This document shows positions 60,528-64,000 of a DNA stretch of 64,000 nt, in pieces (position 1 is the first letter of the stretch; every line of letters begins with the position of its first letter). Both the position numbers and the translations under genes were made by a program. The DNA comes from Alphaproteobacteria bacterium (GTDB taxonomy: Bacteria; Pseudomonadota; Alphaproteobacteria; Micavibrionales; Micavibrionaceae), in contig JAFLCW010000004.1 of the NCBI GenBank assembly GCA_017302165.1, forward strand, positions 59,834 through 123,833. Reading direction: 5' to 3'. A model generated the notes under the pieces. It was not told the origin of the DNA, did no database searches, and saw only the letters and a program-made list of their open reading frames with translations.

Positions 60528-62450
60528 ATGAGCATGAAGACCGTTCATAAAAACAACACAGGCCACGCGCCCGCCGAAACGGTCTTGGATCGTATTCATG
60601 AACCTATGGACATGCGCTGTCTGTCGGATGAGGAATTGCAACAACTGGCGGATGATCTGCGGCGGGAAACAATTTCTGCGGTCTCGCAAACGGGGGGACA
60701 TCTGGGTGCGGGTTTAGGCGTTGTGGAATTAACGGTTGCCCTTCATGCCGTATTCAATACACCGGATGATAAACTGATATGGGATGTCGGGCATCAATGT
60801 TATCCGCATAAAATTCTAACGGGTCGCCGAGACCGTATTCACACCATCCGTCAAGGGGAAGGTCTATCTGGATTTACCAAGCGAAGCGAAAGCGTTTATG
60901 ATCCTTTTGGTGCCGCGCATTCTTCGACCTCGATCTCCGCGGGTCTGGGCATGGCGGTGGCGCGTGATTTAAAAGAAGAAGACCGCCACGTGATTTGTGT
61001 TATTGGTGATGGTGCCATGAGCGCGGGCATGGCCTATGAAGCCATGAATAATGCCGGAGAATTAAAATCACGGCTGATCGTTATCTTAAACGATAACAAC
61101 ATGTCGATTGCGCCGCCCGTCGGCGCCATGAGCAAATATTTGACAGGTCTTGTCAGTTCTAAACCTTACCTATCCGCTCGGGATGCGGCCAAAAAGATGG
61201 TTGATATTTTGCCCGCCCCGTTAAAACACGCGGCGCGGCGTGCCGAAGAAACGGCGCGGTCGGCATTGGGGGGTGGCACGATGTTCGAAGAAATGGGGTT
61301 TTATTATATTGGCCCCGTGGATGGACATGATTTGGCACAAATCCTGCCGGTACTTCGAAATGTGCGGGACAATCACCCTGAAGGCCCTGTATTGATTCAT
61401 GCGATCACACAAAAAGGCAAAGGTTACGCACCTGCCGAAAATGCCTCTGACAAAATGCACGGGGTAGCCAAGTTTGATATCGTGAGCGGTACCCAGCACA
61501 AACCTAAATCTTTGATCCCAACCTATACCAAGGTTTTTGCCAAGTCCCTGACCGAAGAGGCGCGGCACGATGACCATATCGTTGCCATCACGGCGGCTAT
61601 GCCGGATGGAACGGGCTTAGATATCTTTGCTGACACATTCCCAGAGCGGATGTTCGATGTTGGAATCGCCGAACAACATGCGGTAACCTTTGCCGCCGGA
61701 CTGGCGGCAGAAGGCATGAAACCATTTGCCGCTATTTATTCAACCTTTCTGCAACGGGGATATGATCAGGTCGTGCATGATGTCGCGATTCAAAACCTCC
61801 CGGTTCGTTTTGCCTTGGATCGGGCGGGGCTTGTAGGGGCAGATGGGTGCACGCATGCTGGATCTTTCGATACAGCCTTTTTAGGGTGCCTGCCAAATAT
61901 GGTGTTAATGGCCGCCAGCAACGAACACGAACTCATGTCCATGGTGCGCACGGCGGCAGATTATAATGAGGGCCCGATTGCCTTTCGTTACCCCAGAGGC
62001 GAGGGCGTAGGCCTTGACCTCCCCGCGCGCGGAGATTTACTGGAGATTGGCAAGGGCAGAATCGTTCGCCAAGGCGCAGATGTGGCCATTTTATCTTACG
62101 GAGCGCGTCTAGAGGAATGTCTCAAGGCGGCGCAGTGGCTTGAGACAAAGAATATCTCTCTTACTGTGGCGGATGCGCGGTTCGCCAAGCCTCTAGATAC
62201 GGCACTGATTGATCAACTGGTGGCACATCATAGCCTTCTGGTGACCATAGAGGAAGGATCTACTGGCGGATTCGGATCATATGTGTTGGAATATCTCAGC
62301 ACATCAGGGGCACTCGATCATGGTAAAATCAAGGTTAGAACCCTTCATTTACCGGATGTATTTCAGGATCACCACACCCCGGATACGCAATATGATGAGG
62401 CCGGATTAACCGCAAGCCACATCGTTCAAAAAATTCTGGCCAGCCTATGA
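60528..62450 (+). CDS. dxs: 1-deoxy-D-xylulose-5-phosphate synthase
   Basis: 640 aa. ...[18 protein letters not shown]...[16 protein letters not shown]...[18 protein letters not shown]. Confidence 0.95.
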   Translation: MSMKTVHKNNTGHAPAETVLDRIHEPMDMRCLSDEELQQLADDLRRETISAVSQTGGHLGAGLGVVELTVALHAVFNTPDDKLIWDVGHQCYPHKILTGRRDRIHTIRQGEGLSGFTKRSESVYDPFGAAHSSTSISAGLGMAVARDLKEEDRHVICVIGDGAMSAGMAYEAMNNAGELKSRLIVILNDNNMSIAPPVGAMSKYLTGLVSSKPYLSARDAAKKMVDILPAPLKHAARRAEETARSALGGGTMFEEMGFYYIGPVDGHDLAQILPVLRNVRDNHPEGPVLIHAITQKGKGYAPAENASDKMHGVAKFDIVSGTQHKPKSLIPTYTKVFAKSLTEEARHDDHIVAITAAMPDGTGLDIFADTFPERMFDVGIAEQHAVTFAAGLAAEGMKPFAAIYSTFLQRGYDQVVHDVAIQNLPVRFALDRAGLVGADGCTHAGSFDTAFLGCLPNMVLMAASNEHELMSMVRTAADYNEGPIAFRYPRGEGVGLDLPARGDLLEIGKGRIVRQGADVAILSYGARLEECLKAAQWLETKNISLTVADARFAKPLDTALIDQLVAHHSLLVTIEEGSTGGFGSYVLEYLSTSGALDHGKIKVRTLHLPDVFQDHHTPDTQYDEAGLTASHIVQKILASL

Positions 62451-63151
62451 CATCCCTGCCTGCCCCCACCATCGTTTTATTGGACATGGATGGAACAACG
62501 GTACGCCACATTAATCCGAAATTACTGTCCACGTTGGAATTAATCGACGATTGTTTATTTAAATTATCGAGTGCTTTCACACGTCAACAACCTCTCCTGA
62601 ACACCAGCCATCAACCAACGAATGCGAGTGGTGCCATGGCACACCGTGTTCTGCATAGTTTACGGCGCAAAAAAGTAAATGAAATCGTCCAGCCCTGCCC
62701 CGGCGTTTTTACATTTTTGAATGTGCTTAAAGAACACGGAATCCCCATAGGTATTGTCAGTAATGGCCTGGGCAAAGGGTATGGACATGAAATCCTGGAG
62801 ACATTCGGTCTAAAGGATTATTTCAAGGCACAGATTTTTCGGGAAGACATTCATAAATCCAAACCGCATCCTGACCCATTAATTCGCGCCTTAAAGCAAA
62901 TCAAAGACCCGCTGGATGAACAGGATGTGGTCTGGCACATCGGTGATCGTCATAAAGATATTGTGGCGGCGTTGAATGCCAATTTGATTTTGCCCTGCGA
63001 AGTGATCCCTTTTTCTTACGGCGTCCCAGCCGCCATCACCATTTTGAAAAAAGGCGTGAGCCCAGATCATATCATTTTAAATTACGCAGAGTTCGCAGGA
63101 CGCGTGAAATCTATTCTGAAAACACCACCTGCAAAACTGATGTATTCTTAA
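62447..63151 (+). CDS. HAD-superfamily hydrolase
   Basis: N-terminal LLDMDGTT (DxDxT), ...VSNG..., ...KPHPDP... and GDRHKD. Confidence 0.7.
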   Translation: MTSLPAPTIVLLDMDGTTVRHINPKLLSTLELIDDCLFKLSSAFTRQQPLLNTSHQPTNASGAMAHRVLHSLRRKKVNEIVQPCPGVFTFLNVLKEHGIPIGIVSNGLGKGYGHEILETFGLKDYFKAQIFREDIHKSKPHPDPLIRALKQIKDPLDEQDVVWHIGDRHKDIVAALNANLILPCEVIPFSYGVPAAITILKKGVSPDHIILNYAEFAGRVKSILKTPPAKLMYS

Positions 63152-64000
63152 CGATCTGTATATATCGGGGTATAAACGCCCATATCCTGCCCCTTAAGCA
63201 TAGGGAGAACTGATGATAAAAAAGGCGCGATCGGTTGCAGAGCTTGAACAATCGACCCTAGCCACGTACTTACCCTCACCTGCCCGCTCATCGCCGCCAG
63301 AAATTGTTCAAACGGCGTTTCCGGCGCCGGAAGAACTACCAGCGATAGATCATGACGGTCTTTTAAGCCCAAACCTTTTGCGGCATCATCCAAGGCCATA
63401 TCCAGCCCGCCCAGTTCATCCACCAGTCCAATCTTCTTGGCCTGTGCGCCTGTCCAGACACGTCCTTTGGCCAACGCACGGACATCTTCTTTCTTCATCT
63501 TCCGGCCTTCGGCGACCCGTGATAAAAAGGCGTCATAGGTATCATCTAAATGAGATTCAATCTGTTTGACTTCATCAACACTGAATCCTTTGTTGACAGA
63601 CCAAAGACCTGCGTTTTTGCCGATATTTGTGGACTCCCAGTTGACACCTGCCTTTTCCCACAAACCCGATAGATCTGGTTTCCCCATCACCACACCAATC
63701 GATCCGGTGAGTGTGGACGGAAGCGCGAATATTTTATCCGCGTTGGCCGAAATCCAATATCCGCCTGACGCCGCAACGGGTCCCATGGACACAACAACCC
63801 TAACATTTTTTTCTTTGGCGCGTACCACAGCCCGGCGGATGGTTTCTGACGCAGTGGGTGATCCGCCGGGGGAGTCAACACGCAGGACAATCACGGACAC
63901 ACCCTCATCATCAACCGCTTGCATAATGGCATCTGAAATACGGTCAGCGGCGGCGACATTCTCTCCAGTGTCATAGGGAACGATCATCCCGGATGCCTGA
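63148..64000 (-). CDS. sppA: Signal peptide peptidase SppA (36K type); 5' end probably beyond the window
   Basis: ...VLRVDSPGGSPTASE...VAASGGYW... The frame stays open upstream of the track ATG (63987) to the window edge. Confidence 0.85.
   Translation of the reverse strand, partial: QASGMIVPYDTGENVAAADRISDAIMQAVDDEGVSVIVLRVDSPGGSPTASETIRRAVVRAKEKNVRVVVSMGPVAASGGYWISANADKIFALPSTLTGSIGVVMGKPDLSGLWEKAGVNWESTNIGKNAGLWSVNKGFSVDEVKQIESHLDDTYDAFLSRVAEGRKMKKEDVRALAKGRVWTGAQAKKIGLVDELGGLDMALDDAAKGLGLKDRHDLSLVVLPAPETPFEQFLAAMSGQVRVSTWLGSIVQALQPIAPFLSSVLPMLKGQDMGVYTPIYTDR

Noticed and set aside
1-64000. CRISPR arrays, rRNA genes, IS elements and transposases.
   Set aside because: I saw no regularly spaced repeat arrays, no rRNA-like sequence, and no transposase-like ORFs or terminal inverted repeats. 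The only recombinase is the island integrase.

Overview
This 64-kb window is a chromosomal segment, probably from an alphaproteobacterium. That assignment is an inference from gene content: trmFO, split gcvPA/gcvPB, solitary bioY, NDUFAF3/NDUFAF6/RMND1-like genes, ispH...rnhA and xseB-ispA-dxs. Most of it is tightly packed housekeeping genes: radC, trpS, murJ, ubiE, coaBC, dut, mutS, rimO, gcvTH-PA-PB, trmFO, sodB, secDF-yajC, pcm, serS, lipB, maeB, mgtE, a PBP1A, rnhA, ispH, xseB-ispA-dxs and sppA. There are two tRNAs, Ser-CGA and Leu-GAG. The one clear accessory region is a roughly 7.1-kb island inserted directly 3' of tRNA-Ser(CGA), at about 10005-17150. It looks AT-richer than its flanks by eye; I did not compute GC. 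It encodes a P4-type integrase, AlpA, a zinc-ribbon RecA-like (AAA_25/RepA-type) ATPase, a terminase-small-subunit-like HTH protein and several orphan ORFs. It has no structural or lysis genes, which gives it a phage-satellite (PICI-like) layout. The island's cargo position holds a translationally coupled pair, a short HipA-like kinase plus a DUF3037 protein (14132-15774). This pair is my top candidate for an uncharacterised toxin-antitoxin or anti-phage system. Secondary observations are: imperfect direct repeats at both island ends; a palindrome over the alpA RBS; a 34-aa His/Gly/Cys-rich ORF below the track's size cutoff; a vWA-TM-OmpA protein; and an OmpR-family regulator lacking the phospho-acceptor residues. 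All product calls come from reading motifs in the translations. No database search was run.
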